A DNA stretch of 64,000 nucleotides from positions 16,646,645 through 16,710,644 of the forward strand of contig OZ316893.1 of assembly GCA_973895155.1 (NCBI GenBank). The letters run 5' to 3'. A program made the translations under genes and the position numbers. The notes beneath the pieces were generated by a model. The model saw nothing but the letters and a program-made list of their open reading frames with translations, searched no databases and was not told the DNA's origin. Each line of letters begins with the position of its first letter. Within the stretch, counting starts at the first letter, position 1. Below are positions 35,217 to 46,212 of the stretch, one piece after another. Origin of the DNA: Marsupella aquatica (lineage: Eukaryota; Plantae; Marchantiophyta).

Positions 35217-38200
35217 CTAGGCATCACATAGCTCCCCACTTAATTGTGAAGCGTCCTCGCGAACAACTTCATCTTCGTCCATATAGTATTTCTTGAGGCG
35301 GTCATAATGGATGCGAACTGGATATACCTCTCCCGTAATGTTGGCCAATTGTACGGAGCCATTGGGGAACATCATGGTTACTCTAAAGGGTCCTAACCAG
35401 CGAGTGTAAAGCTTTCCTGGAAACCTACTATACCTACTGTCATAAAGTAGCACAAGATGACCGGTATGAATACTAACTACTTTTAACCTTTTATCATACT
35501 GCTGCTTCATGATATTCTGTCTATATTCTACTCTCTCGGCTGAAATCATTCTCGCTTCCTCTAAAGCTTCTAACCTATATTCTCGCTCCTTTAGGCTCTC
35601 CTCCGCTGAGGCTCTTTCCTCAATTGTAACTTGAAATGTCGGTATCTCAAGTTGCATGGGTACCAGGGCTTCTTGTCCAAAGGTTAAGAAGAAGAAGGGT
35701 GTATGACCGGTAGTGGATTTATAGGCAAGATTGTAAGCAAAAACAGCAGCAAACAATTTATCATCCCAATCGAGTTTGTTCTGAGCTACTGTCTTGTTCA
35801 ATATCTTTCCTATGATCCCGTTTGCTCGTTCTGTCAACCCGTTTGCCTTTGGATGGTAGGGAGTAGTAGGCCTATGTTTAACTAAATACTGCTCATTTAA
35901 ACGACTAATTATATCATTCAAAAAATGGGTTCCTCTATCACTAACTAATTCTAGGGGTGCTCCATACCTGGTGAAGATCTGCTCATACATGAATCTAGCC
36001 GTAGTAATTGCATCATCCTTCGTTGTTGGTCTGGCCTCTACCCATTTAGTTGCATAATCCGTAGCCAGGATTATGTACTTGTTCCGTCGAGGGTGAGTCA
36101 GTGGTTTCAGAGGTCCAATGTAATCAATACCCCACTTCTCGAATGGTGCCAGAGGTAGAATAGGGTGCAGTGGATGCCTGGTGGACGCCCTTGGTCCTCC
36201 CGCTCGTTGACAAGGATCGCATTGTTTGATAAACTGATAGACATCTTTGTGCAAGGTGGGCCACCAGTAACCGGCATTTAATATCTTCTTAGACGTGGTT
36301 ACTGGGGCAAAATGTCCTCCGGCCTCCTCTCCATGCATGGCCCGTAGGACTCGTTTTACCTCTCTCTTTTCCAAACACCTTTGAATCGTGCCGTTGATTC
36401 CATGCTTGTGCAGTATGCCTTTAATGCACTGATACTGTCTGACCTTCCGCACAAAGACTGCGGCTTGCTCTCGGCTTAATCCTGGCTGTAATCTGGAAGT
36501 GCTGAGAAATTGTAAAATCTCAGGGTACCATGTACCAGCTATTTCCATAACGAATAGCTCCTCGTCGGGGAATCGATCATCGATGCAATCCGTGGCAGGT
36601 TTACCTGTGATCCTTGAAAAGAAGTCGGCATTGGCATGTAACTTTCCCGGCTTGATCCTCAGCTCATAGTCAAACTCCTGTAATAGCAAAATCCATCTTG
36701 CTACTCTGCCTGTAAGGTCCGGCTTATTGACTAGGTACTTCAAACTTTCATGATCAGTATGAAAGATTACCTTGTACCCTAGTAAATAATGCCTAAACTT
36801 TTTACAAGAATAAATGACTCCTAATGCTTCTCTTTCCGTGGTAGAGTAGTTCCGTTCGGCATCGGCAAGCTGATGGCTTGCGAAGTATATGGGATGGTCC
36901 CTTCCTTTCTCATCCAACTGACTTAGTACTGAGCCAATACAGAAGCCCGAGACATCTACAAAAACATGAAAATCTTTGTTCCAGTCCGGTGCTATCATGA
37001 CTGGGGCCTCTACTAACATCTGCTTCAATTCTACCACCGCTGTGACTCGTTCGGGTGTGGGTTCGAAGTCTGCTCCTGCCTTGAGCATATTGGTTAATGG
37101 TAAAGCCAGCTTGGCAAAATCCTTGATGAACCGGCGATAGTAACCAATGCATCCCAAGAAGGATCTTACATCCTTTATGTTCTTAGGTTGCATGATATCT
37201 AGCCATACTGCTAGCTTACCTTTGTCAATCTCAATGCCCTTCCTTGATACCTTGTGACCTAGTAGCACCCCCTCGGTTACTGCAAAAAAACATTTATCTG
37301 GGTGTAACTTGAGACCCACCTCTCTACATCTCATGAAGGTTTTCCTGAGGTATTTAGCATGTTTCGATGCCTTCCCGAATACTGCAAAGTCATCAATGAA
37401 GATTTCCATGAACTTTCTCAAGTAATCATGAAAAATGTTCACCATTAATCGTTGGAACATAGCTGGTGCGTTGCAGAGTCCAAACGGCATACGATTGAAG
37501 ACATAGATCCCCCATTCCATGATGAAGGCCATCTTGATTTGGTCTTCCTGCCGAATCCTGATTTGGTTATAACCAGAGTATCCATCCATGAATGAATATA
37601 GTTCATGACTGGCTACCATGTCTAGTACCATATCAGTAAACGGTAAAGGAAAATGGTCTTTTAATGTTGCTTCATTCAGCTTCCTGTAATCCTGACAAAC
37701 CCGGATCTTGGGTTTACCATCGGGTCCAGCTTTCTTGGGAACTATCACAATTGGAGACACCCAGTCTGAATGCAGGACTGGAGTGATGAATCCAGCTTCC
37801 ACTAGTTTGTCGATTTCTGTTTTGACCAGCAGGGAATACTTCGGGTTCATCCTTCGAATTGGTTGTCGAAATGATTTGGCTCCTAACATGAGATCAATTC
37901 GATGTTCCCCTAGTGTTGGATCTACTCCCTTTAGATCTTGGTGACTCCATGCAAACACATCCTGAAATTCAATCAATAAGTCACTGATCTCTTTCTCGAG
38001 CTCAGGTGCTAGGTTTCTCCCTAAGTTCAGTTCTCTTCCCTCTCCTAAGTCGAGCTTCCGATATTGCCGTGCTTGGATCATATTAATCTGCTTCTTCAAA
38101 TTCGGGTCCAGTTCGGCTTCCAGTCTCTCTAATCTCATACCTCCATAAACTGGGATCTCGGCTGGACTAGCCGAGTCGGTCCCTTCCTTGGTGTCCATAG

Positions 38201-38486
38201 ATTGTCCCCTTACCGGTCTATTCGGTTTTGAATTAGTGGTCGGCTCCCCTTCCTGCCTTGGCTCTAGATCGTGTCTGTCCATCTCATCCACCTCTTGCTC
38301 CTGAGAGTTAGGCCGCTGTGCTCTCTCGGCTTCTAATAGGGCCTCAATTTGTTCTGCCCTCGTAATCGGCTTGTATGCCGATCCCTTGGTATTTAATTCC
38401 TTGCCGATGATCGATGGCGTTGTGGACCCCGTCGGCTCTGCCACAACGCCTGCAGAAAATCCACTGTCCCTGCTACTGCTCCCCAC
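35217..38486 (-). CDS. pol: Element A pol (RT-RNase H-integrase)
   Basis: WVSPIVIVPKK, DYRKLN, MDGYSGYNQI, MPFGLCNAP, FIDDF, VFVDVS, TDH, GGHF…CDPCQ, WGIDYIG, VSDRG, YHPKANGLTER, WLGPF. Confidence 0.95.
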   Translation of the reverse strand: MGSSSRDSGFSAGVVAEPTGSTTPSIIGKELNTKGSAYKPITRAEQIEALLEAERAQRPNSQEQEVDEMDRHDLEPRQEGEPTTNSKPNRPVRGQSMDTKEGTDSASPAEIPVYGGMRLERLEAELDPNLKKQINMIQARQYRKLDLGEGRELNLGRNLAPELEKEISDLLIEFQDVFAWSHQDLKGVDPTLGEHRIDLMLGAKSFRQPIRRMNPKYSLLVKTEIDKLVEAGFITPVLHSDWVSPIVIVPKKAGPDGKPKIRVCQDYRKLNEATLKDHFPLPFTDMVLDMVASHELYSFMDGYSGYNQIRIRQEDQIKMAFIMEWGIYVFNRMPFGLCNAPAMFQRLMVNIFHDYLRKFMEIFIDDFAVFGKASKHAKYLRKTFMRCREVGLKLHPDKCFFAVTEGVLLGHKVSRKGIEIDKGKLAVWLDIMQPKNIKDVRSFLGCIGYYRRFIKDFAKLALPLTNMLKAGADFEPTPERVTAVVELKQMLVEAPVMIAPDWNKDFHVFVDVSGFCIGSVLSQLDEKGRDHPIYFASHQLADAERNYSTTEREALGVIYSCKKFRHYLLGYKVIFHTDHESLKYLVNKPDLTGRVARWILLLQEFDYELRIKPGKLHANADFFSRITGKPATDCIDDRFPDEELFVMEIAGTWYPEILQFLSTSRLQPGLSREQAAVFVRKVRQYQCIKGILHKHGINGTIQRCLEKREVKRVLRAMHGEEAGGHFAPVTTSKKILNAGYWWPTLHKDVYQFIKQCDPCQRAGGPRASTRHPLHPILPLAPFEKWGIDYIGPLKPLTHPRRNKYIILATDYATKWVEARPTTKDDAITTARFMYEQIFTRYGAPLELVSDRGTHFLNDIISRLNEQYLVKHRPTTPYHPKANGLTERANGIIGKILNKTVAQNKLDWDDKLFAAVFAYNLAYKSTTGHTPFFFLTFGQEALVPMQLEIPTFQVTIEERASAEESLKEREYRLEALEEARMISAERVEYRQNIMKQQYDKRLKVVSIHTGHLVLLYDSRYSRFPGKLYTRWLGPFRVTMMFPNGSVQLANITGEVYPVRIHYDRLKKYYMDEDEVVREDASQLSGELCDA
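35229..35241 (-). promoter_or_regulatory. Polypurine tract of element A
   Basis: AAGTGGGGAGCTA immediately before the TGTGATG LTR start on the - strand. Confidence 0.7.
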
Positions 38487-41383
38487 TTAGCCGTTTCATC
38501 CAATTGGTCTACATCCTTTACTTCCTCCGGAATTGCAGCTAAAAAGGTGGATTCTATTGTAAAGCAGTCCTCGACCTCTTCTTCTTCTTCCAAGTCACCT
38601 TCCATTGGTTCTTGCCATAATCCGCTGGGGGGTACCTCTGGTCCAAAGACACCTTCTTCGGTTAGGTTAGTGAGGCATTCTAACCAACGTACTTCATCGG
38701 CTGACTCCAGTCCACTATCGTACCCATCTACTTCCCTTATGCTTTTCCTACGGTCATCCTTAGTGTCCCAGGATACCGTGATAGAGGGGGTCCCGAAAGT
38801 GAACTGCTTTTTACCCCAATCTTCTATTACCTCAGCTAGGTACAGCCATGGCCTACCAATCAATAGCCGGAATGACGTAGGATTTACCGGCTTCATTACT
38901 ACATAGTTAATGCTAAAGAAGATACCTCCTATCTCTGTCTTGATGCCGGTTAACACTCCCGTCGGAATGACCTGATATCCATTGGCCATGTTCAACACTC
39001 TTCCAGTCATCTCCGGTGTTAGACCCCACCCTTTTGCTGTTGAATCAATCATAATACATACCCCTGATCCTCCATCGATGGGTACCCGTAGTAATAATTC
39101 TCCTTGAATCATTAATGGTAATGCTGGGGCTCCTTGATCTTCTTCTATCATTAGTACGTCGGATCTGGTTGCTACCTTGGGTAATCTCGGCTTGCCGAGA
39201 ATAGCCTTCCTTAATTGCTTCCGGAAGTACGGGCTATTTTTCAATAGTTGACCTACTGTTGCCGAGACTCTAGATTCTAGTACATCTTTAGCCAGGTCAT
39301 AGGGAACAATCGGCTTCTCTTCTGGTGGTGTTTCCGTCTTGGATTCGGCCAGTTTTGCCACGCTAGTCTCCACAGCTGTTGGGTCTTCCGAAGCAAACAA
39401 TGCTTTTGCTCGTTTTACATCCTTGGCAATGGCTTCGGTATTCTCCAGGGTTTCTAATTCTCTTAGTTGTTCCTTAACACTAGCCGTAACAGAGGGGTAG
39501 AACAACTTAGGATGATCTCGATTGAAGTCGCTATCTTGTGAAGGATTGGTTTCACTGGTGGGCTCATGGCTTACCTGTATTGCCGGAGCCCTCCCTTCTC
39601 CTTCTGTTGATGTTGACGAAGAGTCGATCCTTTCCTCCGTAACCTTCCCTTTATTTTTGGCCAGCCCATCCCACCTTTCCTTCCTTCTGGTAGATCGAGT
39701 AGAGACCCGGTAGCAATCATGATCTAAATCCTCCTCTGAGAAGGTTGATAGGGCTTCGGCCTCATCATCAGATGATACGAACTCTGCCTCGGCATCCTCT
39801 TGCCATCCTAGTTCGATGTGGTTGATTTGAACTCCTCCGGGGGTAGTACCTGGCGGTAAGATCTTGATCGGCAAAAGCTTATGATTTGCGGCCAGGCCTG
39901 CCAACCAAGTAGGACATTGCCCTAGCATATGACCTTCCTGTCGGTATCCCATACATAGCTGAGCTGGTTGTCCATCACCCTGTTTGCGTGCATTCGGGCA
40001 TTCTCTAGCAAAATGGCCAGGTTGACCACAATTATAGCACGCCGCAAATCTTTGCACATTCGGCCTAGGAGGTACTGACGGGTTCTGAATAATCCGAGGA
40101 TACATCTCTCCTGGATTGTTCCTTAACCCTGACCACAGAGATGCAGGTCTGTTGGATAGGTCTCGTGCTCCAGTCTCATTGATGCCGAAAACACTATCAG
40201 CGGCATCTCCCAAAAAGTACTCTACTTCTCCCTGACATGGTCTGATCTCGGCCACATGCCGAACATGATTAGTATTAAGCTTAGGACACGCATCTTTATG
40301 GTGTCCGGTTTTATAACATAAGGCACACCATACAGAGCTATCCTCCTGTACTACCTTCTTCTTTGGTTTTACCTCTGCAATGATAGCCTTAAGTTGCTCG
40401 GTAAGGGCTACGATGTTATCTGGTGGCTTAGCCTCCATCTTGACTTTCGTCTTCCCTCTCCTTCTGCCCTTCCTTTTCCTAGTTTTTTCTTCTTCAGAAC
40501 TAGAAGATGACTCACTCTTGCTACTCCCACTATCCGAGCTTGACTTATCACTTCTAGACTTCTTGGAATGTTTCTTCTTCTTATCTTTTTTCTTATGGGG
40601 TGATCCCTCCTCTGATGAGGAACTCTCAGACTTAAGCTGTTTCTTCCGGCTTGTGATATCTGCATTAATGTATAATTGAATATCCTTAATTGCTTCGGCT
40701 AAAGTCTCTGGGTTCTCCTTCCTAATTGCAAAACTCATCTTCTGTGGCAAAGCATTCACCAACCATTGAAGTTGCATACCTTCAGATGCATTGGTCTTTG
40801 TACGTCTTACCAGTTTCTGAAAGCGTTGCAAGAACTTCCTGAAGGATTTGTTCTCCTTGAACCGAAGTTGTCCCAACTTCAGCACTGCTAGTTCTGAAGT
40901 TCCAATGGGTCGAAACTCCTTAACAAAGAGTGTTTTGAAGATATCCCAGATGGCTTGATCTTCCACATCTAATGCTCTGTACCAAGGCCTAGCCTCACCC
41001 TTGAACAGGCCGGGAAGAATCTGCATCTTGATGGCCGATTCTCCATTTGCTGCAGCGGTTCCCTCGAAATCATCCAACCATTCGTCCGGATCCTCATCTC
41101 CTCTCCCATGAAATGCCTTGTAATGTATGCGCGACCGCTGGCTCAATCTGGTCCCTGGCCTCTCGTCTGGCCGTGCCTCTGGTTCCCCCATGTCGGTTGG
41201 AGACTCACTTCTCCTTACCGACTCTTCTTCTGGTATGTCTTCTTCGACGCCACTTCCAGTTTCGGAGCTACCAGCTCTTTCTGCCCCTCTCAGTCGCTGT
41301 GTATCATGCCACCCGGCGAGCTGCTGCAGTCGAGCTCTCTCCCGTTGAATCACTCTTTCTTCCCTCGGCGTAAGGTCAGTCAT
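38393..41383 (-). CDS. gag: Element A gag-protease
   Basis: FHGRGDEDPDEWLDDFE, CCHC knuckles (CALCYKTGHHKDAC, CYNCGQPGHFAREC), protease PIDGGSG…LLIGRPW. Confidence 0.95.
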   Translation of the reverse strand: MTDLTPREERVIQRERARLQQLAGWHDTQRLRGAERAGSSETGSGVEEDIPEEESVRRSESPTDMGEPEARPDERPGTRLSQRSRIHYKAFHGRGDEDPDEWLDDFEGTAAANGESAIKMQILPGLFKGEARPWYRALDVEDQAIWDIFKTLFVKEFRPIGTSELAVLKLGQLRFKENKSFRKFLQRFQKLVRRTKTNASEGMQLQWLVNALPQKMSFAIRKENPETLAEAIKDIQLYINADITSRKKQLKSESSSSEEGSPHKKKDKKKKHSKKSRSDKSSSDSGSSKSESSSSSEEEKTRKRKGRRRGKTKVKMEAKPPDNIVALTEQLKAIIAEVKPKKKVVQEDSSVWCALCYKTGHHKDACPKLNTNHVRHVAEIRPCQGEVEYFLGDAADSVFGINETGARDLSNRPASLWSGLRNNPGEMYPRIIQNPSVPPRPNVQRFAACYNCGQPGHFARECPNARKQGDGQPAQLCMGYRQEGHMLGQCPTWLAGLAANHKLLPIKILPPGTTPGGVQINHIELGWQEDAEAEFVSSDDEAEALSTFSEEDLDHDCYRVSTRSTRRKERWDGLAKNKGKVTEERIDSSSTSTEGEGRAPAIQVSHEPTSETNPSQDSDFNRDHPKLFYPSVTASVKEQLRELETLENTEAIAKDVKRAKALFASEDPTAVETSVAKLAESKTETPPEEKPIVPYDLAKDVLESRVSATVGQLLKNSPYFRKQLRKAILGKPRLPKVATRSDVLMIEEDQGAPALPLMIQGELLLRVPIDGGSGVCIMIDSTAKGWGLTPEMTGRVLNMANGYQVIPTGVLTGIKTEIGGIFFSINYVVMKPVNPTSFRLLIGRPWLYLAEVIEDWGKKQFTFGTPSITVSWDTKDDRRKSIREVDGYDSGLESADEVRWLECLTNLTEEGVFGPEVPPSGLWQEPMEGDLEEEEEVEDCFTIESTFLAAIPEEVKDVDQLDETAKWGAVAGTVDFLQALWQSRRGPQRHRSSARN

Positions 41384-41430
41384 TACCTACGCTTCCGTTC
41401 TAACTTCATATCTCACGGCTTAAGAAATGC

Positions 41431-41448
41431 CCCCTCCATCTAGCGCCA
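41431..41448 (-). promoter_or_regulatory. PBS of element A (probably tRNA-Asn)
   Basis: TGGCGCTAGATGGAGGGG, 4 nt from the 5' LTR. One mismatch to the complement of the plant tRNA-Asn(GTT) 3' end as I recall it. Confidence 0.85.
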
Positions 41449-41452
41449 AAAA

Positions 41453-44400
41453 TGTGGTGCGTCCCATGGCTCCCTAAACCCAAGAAACCCCCCAGCTCAA
41501 GCCGATTCCCGCAGGTTTCGTGCTTGGCGAGGCCGTTTCCGCGGCTTAGCGGCATGGGACGCTGCTAACCTTCTACTACTACTATTAACATTTTACACAC
41601 ATATACTGGACAGATCCTTCATCAGGTCATGAGATACGTAGCCGGCCTAATATAGGCCTTCCCCTGTCTTCCCCTGTCTTCTTGTTAGGTATGTTTGGAT
41701 TCCGCCGCCGGAATGATCCCCAATAGGCTTGGTTAAGCCGCTAAGACCTCTCTCAGCTCGACACATCCAACTCTCACTCCCCTGCTTACTTTCCTTCCTT
41801 CTGTTGATGTGGGCACTCTTCACACAAGTTAATGCGACACACAAATAGCAAAATGACTCATTCTGACTGAGTCATACCATGCACTTGCCATACAAACAGT
41901 ACATCTCATACACAAGTTCTGCGAACTAAGCCGTGAGGCCAACTCTATTCAGCTCTTAGGCATGAGGAAACATGAATATACACAAGGGTCACTGTATGAC
42001 TAACCGAGAGCTTCTCGTACTACTTGATCCCAGCCCGGCTGGTGCAAACTAAAAACTTGCTAAAGAAGAGGCCCTGAGCTCCCCGCTGCCCAGGTACTTA
42101 TCCTGGTAGTGGATCCGCCATTCTTTGCATCGTAAGCCTAATCTACTTAACAGTAATCTACTTGCCCGAATCTACCTATGTACAGCAAGGCAGGAGCACA
42201 AGTGTTGCTCCTACCAGTGGGACCGCAATCCCACTAAGCTAAGTGTCAGGGCCGCTCCTGGTTCTGATCCTAATCCTAAACGTGGAGATCCGCGCTCGCC
42301 CTGCCCACTCACGCCTCCTCCCTCCACGTCCGCCCTCCCTAAAAGGAACGGCGCCCTTGCACCGTCACGACACCGGTGGTGGATCCTTAATGGACGCCCC
42401 CAACGCTTCCTCCTCAGCCACTGCCGTTGGCCCGCCTACTGACAGATTACCTGCCCTTGACCGAGTCAACTCTCCATCGGCCTGACTGGGTCCACCTTCG
42501 GCTTCAGCCTCGACACCGGCCTCGGCAATACCCACGGCTTCGGCCTCAGTCACTCCCTCGGCTTCGGCCTCAGTCACTCCCTCGGCTTCGGCCTCTCCTT
42601 CCCCTAGGGTAGTTGGATCCCTAGCCGTGACCCTGTCTGGGGTCGGTGCTGGGTCTACCTCCTTGATCACCACGGCCTGTGAAGTCGTATTACTCCTTGA
42701 CCCTGAAGGTTTTCGCTTCTTCTTCGTTGGTGGCTCGGCAGCTGGTCCCTTCCCCTTCCCACTTACTTCCGGCACTGGTGCAGGTGGCGCGGCTTGTCCT
42801 TCGGCAATTACCACCCCTGGTAACTGGTTTGTCCCAACGGGAGATGGACTTGCTGCAGCTAAGCATTTAAATACTGCGGCTTGTTTCTTCAGCCGCTCTG
42901 TTTGGTTGTCGGCCCGCCGTTGTAGGTTCTCCATCTTCCTCGTGATTTCCTCCAACTCCTCTTGGGTTTCATCCAGGTCCTTACGTGCCCCCTCCAGCTC
43001 GTTTTTGGCCTCCTCCTGCTCCCTGTGGGCTTCCTCCAATTCCTTCTTCAAGGTAGCCCTCTCCTCCTGGGTTGCTCTTAGCTCCTTGTCGAGCTCTACA
43101 ATGATGACAGACTCCATCTGGTTCATCTTGGCGTAAGTCTGTTCGAGCATCTCGTCCTTCTCCCTTAGGTCGGCCTTGAAGCTGGCCGTCAGGGACGCAA
43201 GCTCCTGCTGCAGCGCCATAATCCCTTGATAGGATTTCCCTAACTCGACCTCCTTCTGCTCAAGGGCTCCGCGGATTTTCTCGAGCTCCCCTTTCAACGC
43301 CCATTCCTTTCTTTGGGTCTCCGCCATGGCCCGGCTGTTGGCTGTTATGTGGGCCTCCTCTGTATTCTTCAGCTCTTGCTTCCACTTCTCCCTCTCTTTG
43401 ATCGTGTCGGCCAACTCTTCCTGCGTCTGAGTCAGTTTATCCTTGATATTCTGATTATCAGCCTGCGCGGTGTCCAACTGCCCCTGCATGATGTTCAGCT
43501 CATGTCGTTTAATCCGCAGTTCATCTTGGGCTTTCTTGGCCGCCCTTAGATCTTCAATCTCGTCTTCCATCCTCCTAAGCCGCCGAATGACCTCGTCCTT
43601 CTTGCTTCTCTCTAAAGCCACCGCTTCTTCTAATTGGTGCTTCTCCAACTGCTCCCTATGGAAAAAGGGTCCTACCTCCAACTCCTCTCCAAAGATGCCG
43701 AGCGCAAGTTCCCCACACATCTCACCATACTCCATGGCTCTATTCTTAGCGTAGGTGGAGTAAGTAGAAGTGATCGGCATCGCCCATCGTGGCCTCTGCT
43801 CCCAAGCCGTCCTGCGGATCTCTTCAATCGTGGCTAGAGGTTTGCTTCCTTTTTCGGCTAGCCGCCTGATGTCCTCCGGCCAATCTCCTCCTGGTAAATC
43901 CTTTTCCTTAGCCAGGGCGGCCTCTTCCTCCTGCTTGATTCGCTCCTAAAATTCCTGCACCGTCTGTTTTATGCCGTCGAAGCTCGGGGGAGCAACATCT
44001 GGTGGGGGAGACTCAGGGCTACTCTGCTGGTTGGGGTCTCCTCGCACTACCCTTGGAAGTGTGGGGACAAACCGGCCACAGGTCCTTACTCCTGGAACGT
44101 GATGGTCCGACCCATAGCCGGAATTATCATGGCTGCAGTCCTCCACTGCCTCCTCTACCTCTTGGACGTCCGGCTTCTCCCTCTCCTCTTCGTCGGTAGG
44201 AGCTTCAGGCAATTCTGCCTCAGATTCGGAGCTTGAGGTTCCCACGTACATTCGAACACCTGGCTTGGATTCCGGCCTGATTCTCTCCTTGTCTCCAGCA
44301 AAGGGGTTTTCTCTTGTGAGCCGGTGTAGGCCTACCTCTGTAGTAGTGTCCTGCATTGTTGCCGTTGCCGTTGTTGTTGCCAATGCCGATTTCTTTTCTT

Positions 44401-46103
44401 TCTCCAGTAGTTTCAGCAGACTCTGCATGCCTGGTTGCTGCATCGGCAAGTCTTCCTTCCTGGGCCTAAACACCTGCTCGATCGTAGGACTAACAGGTGG
44501 TTGAGGCTTCTCAGCCAACGGCCTCGGCGTTGGAGCTTCCTCCGGTGCCCTTACCTGCAGGGGAAGTACCGGGGCGAAAGTCTGACCTCTGGCATACCGG
44601 CACAACAGCGGCATGTGATAGCCAAGCCGCGACACGCTCCCCATGCCGATTACCTGCTGCTCCTCCTTTAAGATCTTCTTCAATTGGTTGAGGAGGTACC
44701 CGTTGTAGTCCCGGCTTGGGTCTGGCCTTTCTGCCAGATAGACCTGTGCCTTGCCGATCTCTGCCCTCGGCAAGTTACAATGCATGGTCACCCGCAAGAA
44801 GTCGATCATCTCTCCTATGTGTGGGTTGGTGCAGGTGTTCCGGAAGAAGCCATTCTTCGTTGATGGCCCGGGGAACGACCGGAACTCCTTGTCAGGCAGG
44901 GTCTTCCTGGTATCAACTTTGGTCTTATTGCCTATCGGCAACCCAAACACTTCGGCAATTACCTTGGGAGTAAGATAGAAATCCTTCCCATATATCCTCG
45001 TGCAATTGGTCTCGGGTTCCCATGACCCCACGAATTCTAATAGGTCTGACTCCGGTACCTCCGGCTTCAGCCATGGTAATTTTACAAAGGCCTCCAAGCC
45101 GGATCCGGCCATGAAGCCTTGGTACTTCTTGGTCTGCATGGCCGTAAAGCATGCATCCTCCTCCCGTGCAAAATGTAGTTGCACCTCCACCGGTAGGGTT
45201 GCCGCCCAACCCTTCCAGGTGTCATCCCTGGTTGGAATGGCCTTGATGGGATCGACCTCCTCCTCTTCGGCTTCTCCCTGCCTCCTGCTCTGCTGCTCGG
45301 CTGGCTTCTTTGGTGCCGCCGACCTCGTTCTTTTTGCCGGGGTGGCTTCATTGTTGACGGCCCCCTTCCTCTTCATCTCTGCTGCCGTGGAGGTTTCTCC
45401 TAGCACCGTTGCCTGGGTCCACCTTTCCGTGCTACCCTTTAATTCCCAGTGTATGTCGTTGCAGTTCTTGATGGCCTCTCGGATGCCGACGACGCTGTCT
45501 TTGCAAAATAGAAGATCGTCGAGTTGATTGGAAGTAGGCGTCCACAGGAACTCGTCCTTGATGAGTTCGCCTCCTAAGAAAGCCGTCTTCTGCAGCTCCC
45601 ACAATCGAGCGAGCTCCTGCCGTTCTCGAGCTGCCCTTTCTGACTCCTCGTCCTCGTAAGTCTTGATGTACTCAGTTGCCCGTTCGAACAGGCATCCCCA
45701 GAAATGTGCCGCTTGATTGACGTTGCTCATACCCTCCTTAGGTTGATCGTCGGTATCTACTCTCTCCCCGAGTGCTTGCCTAAGCAGCTGACAGAAGTTG
45801 GCCTCCCGTAGTCGTCTGCCTAGTTCGTGCTCGCAAATGAGCCACCATCTCCTGCAAGCGCTCCTTACCCCTCTCCTCTGCCGGTCCTTCTTCCCGTTGA
45901 TCCTTCCTAGCCGCCGACGCTTAACGCGCCCTAACCCTAATCGGGTTTTCACCCTCAGCCTTACCTCCGGCCTCTGCCCGGGTTCCATGGTTGCCCCTAA
46001 TTGTTTATATTTTCCTTGTTTTGTCCCTATACTAAGGTGTTCCTAGGGTGCCTTCCTGCTTTACCCACTTAACCGGCCGAGTGATTCCTGTCTAGGCATC
46101 ACA
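41453..46103 (-). repeat. 5' LTR of element A (4651 bp)
   Basis: Direct repeat of 30554-35228. Roughly 15-20 substitutions and one 24-bp indel by eye. Confidence 0.97.
42365..45988 (-). pseudogene. 5' LTR copy of the LTR-encoded protein with one nonsense change
   Basis: CAG>TAG at 43946-43948 splits it into 680-aa and 471-aa ORFs. Confidence 0.92.
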
Positions 46104-46212
46104 CCTCTCCACTTCCTCTCTTACCAGCTCGCCTCTCGGCCAATGCCTTCATCCCTCCCTTGTGTGAATTGAAGGGAATCGGTTCTTCATTGTCCGAAAA
46201 TGATATCTTCTT

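Larger units (their letters stand above)
30554..35228 (-). repeat. 3' LTR of element A (4675 bp)
   Basis: Direct repeat of 41453-46103, starting right after the PPT. Confidence 0.97.
30554..46103 (-). mobile_element. Full-length young non-chromovirus Ty3/gypsy element A (15,550 bp) with 4.7-kb LTRs
   Basis: TG…CA LTRs, TSD CCTCT (30549-30553 and 46104-46108), PBS, PPT and gag-PR / RT-RH-INT order. Confidence 0.97.

Noticed and set aside
38393-38486. Programmed -1 frameshift between gag-PR and pol of element A
   Set aside because: No clear slippery heptamer is present, and the equivalent region of relative B is in one frame, so a 1-nt indel in this copy is more likely.
41440-41448. The PBS of A/B (CTAGCGCCA on +) equals a half-site of the MULE palindrome; a near-match AGCGCCTAGCGCT also occurs at about 59154
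   Set aside because: The PBS is explained by tRNA complementarity, and isolated half or near matches are compatible with chance.
5838-46103. Four ~4.6-kb repeats as a segmental duplication or assembly artefact
   Set aside because: Each has TG…CA ends, insertion-specific TSDs and private mutations.
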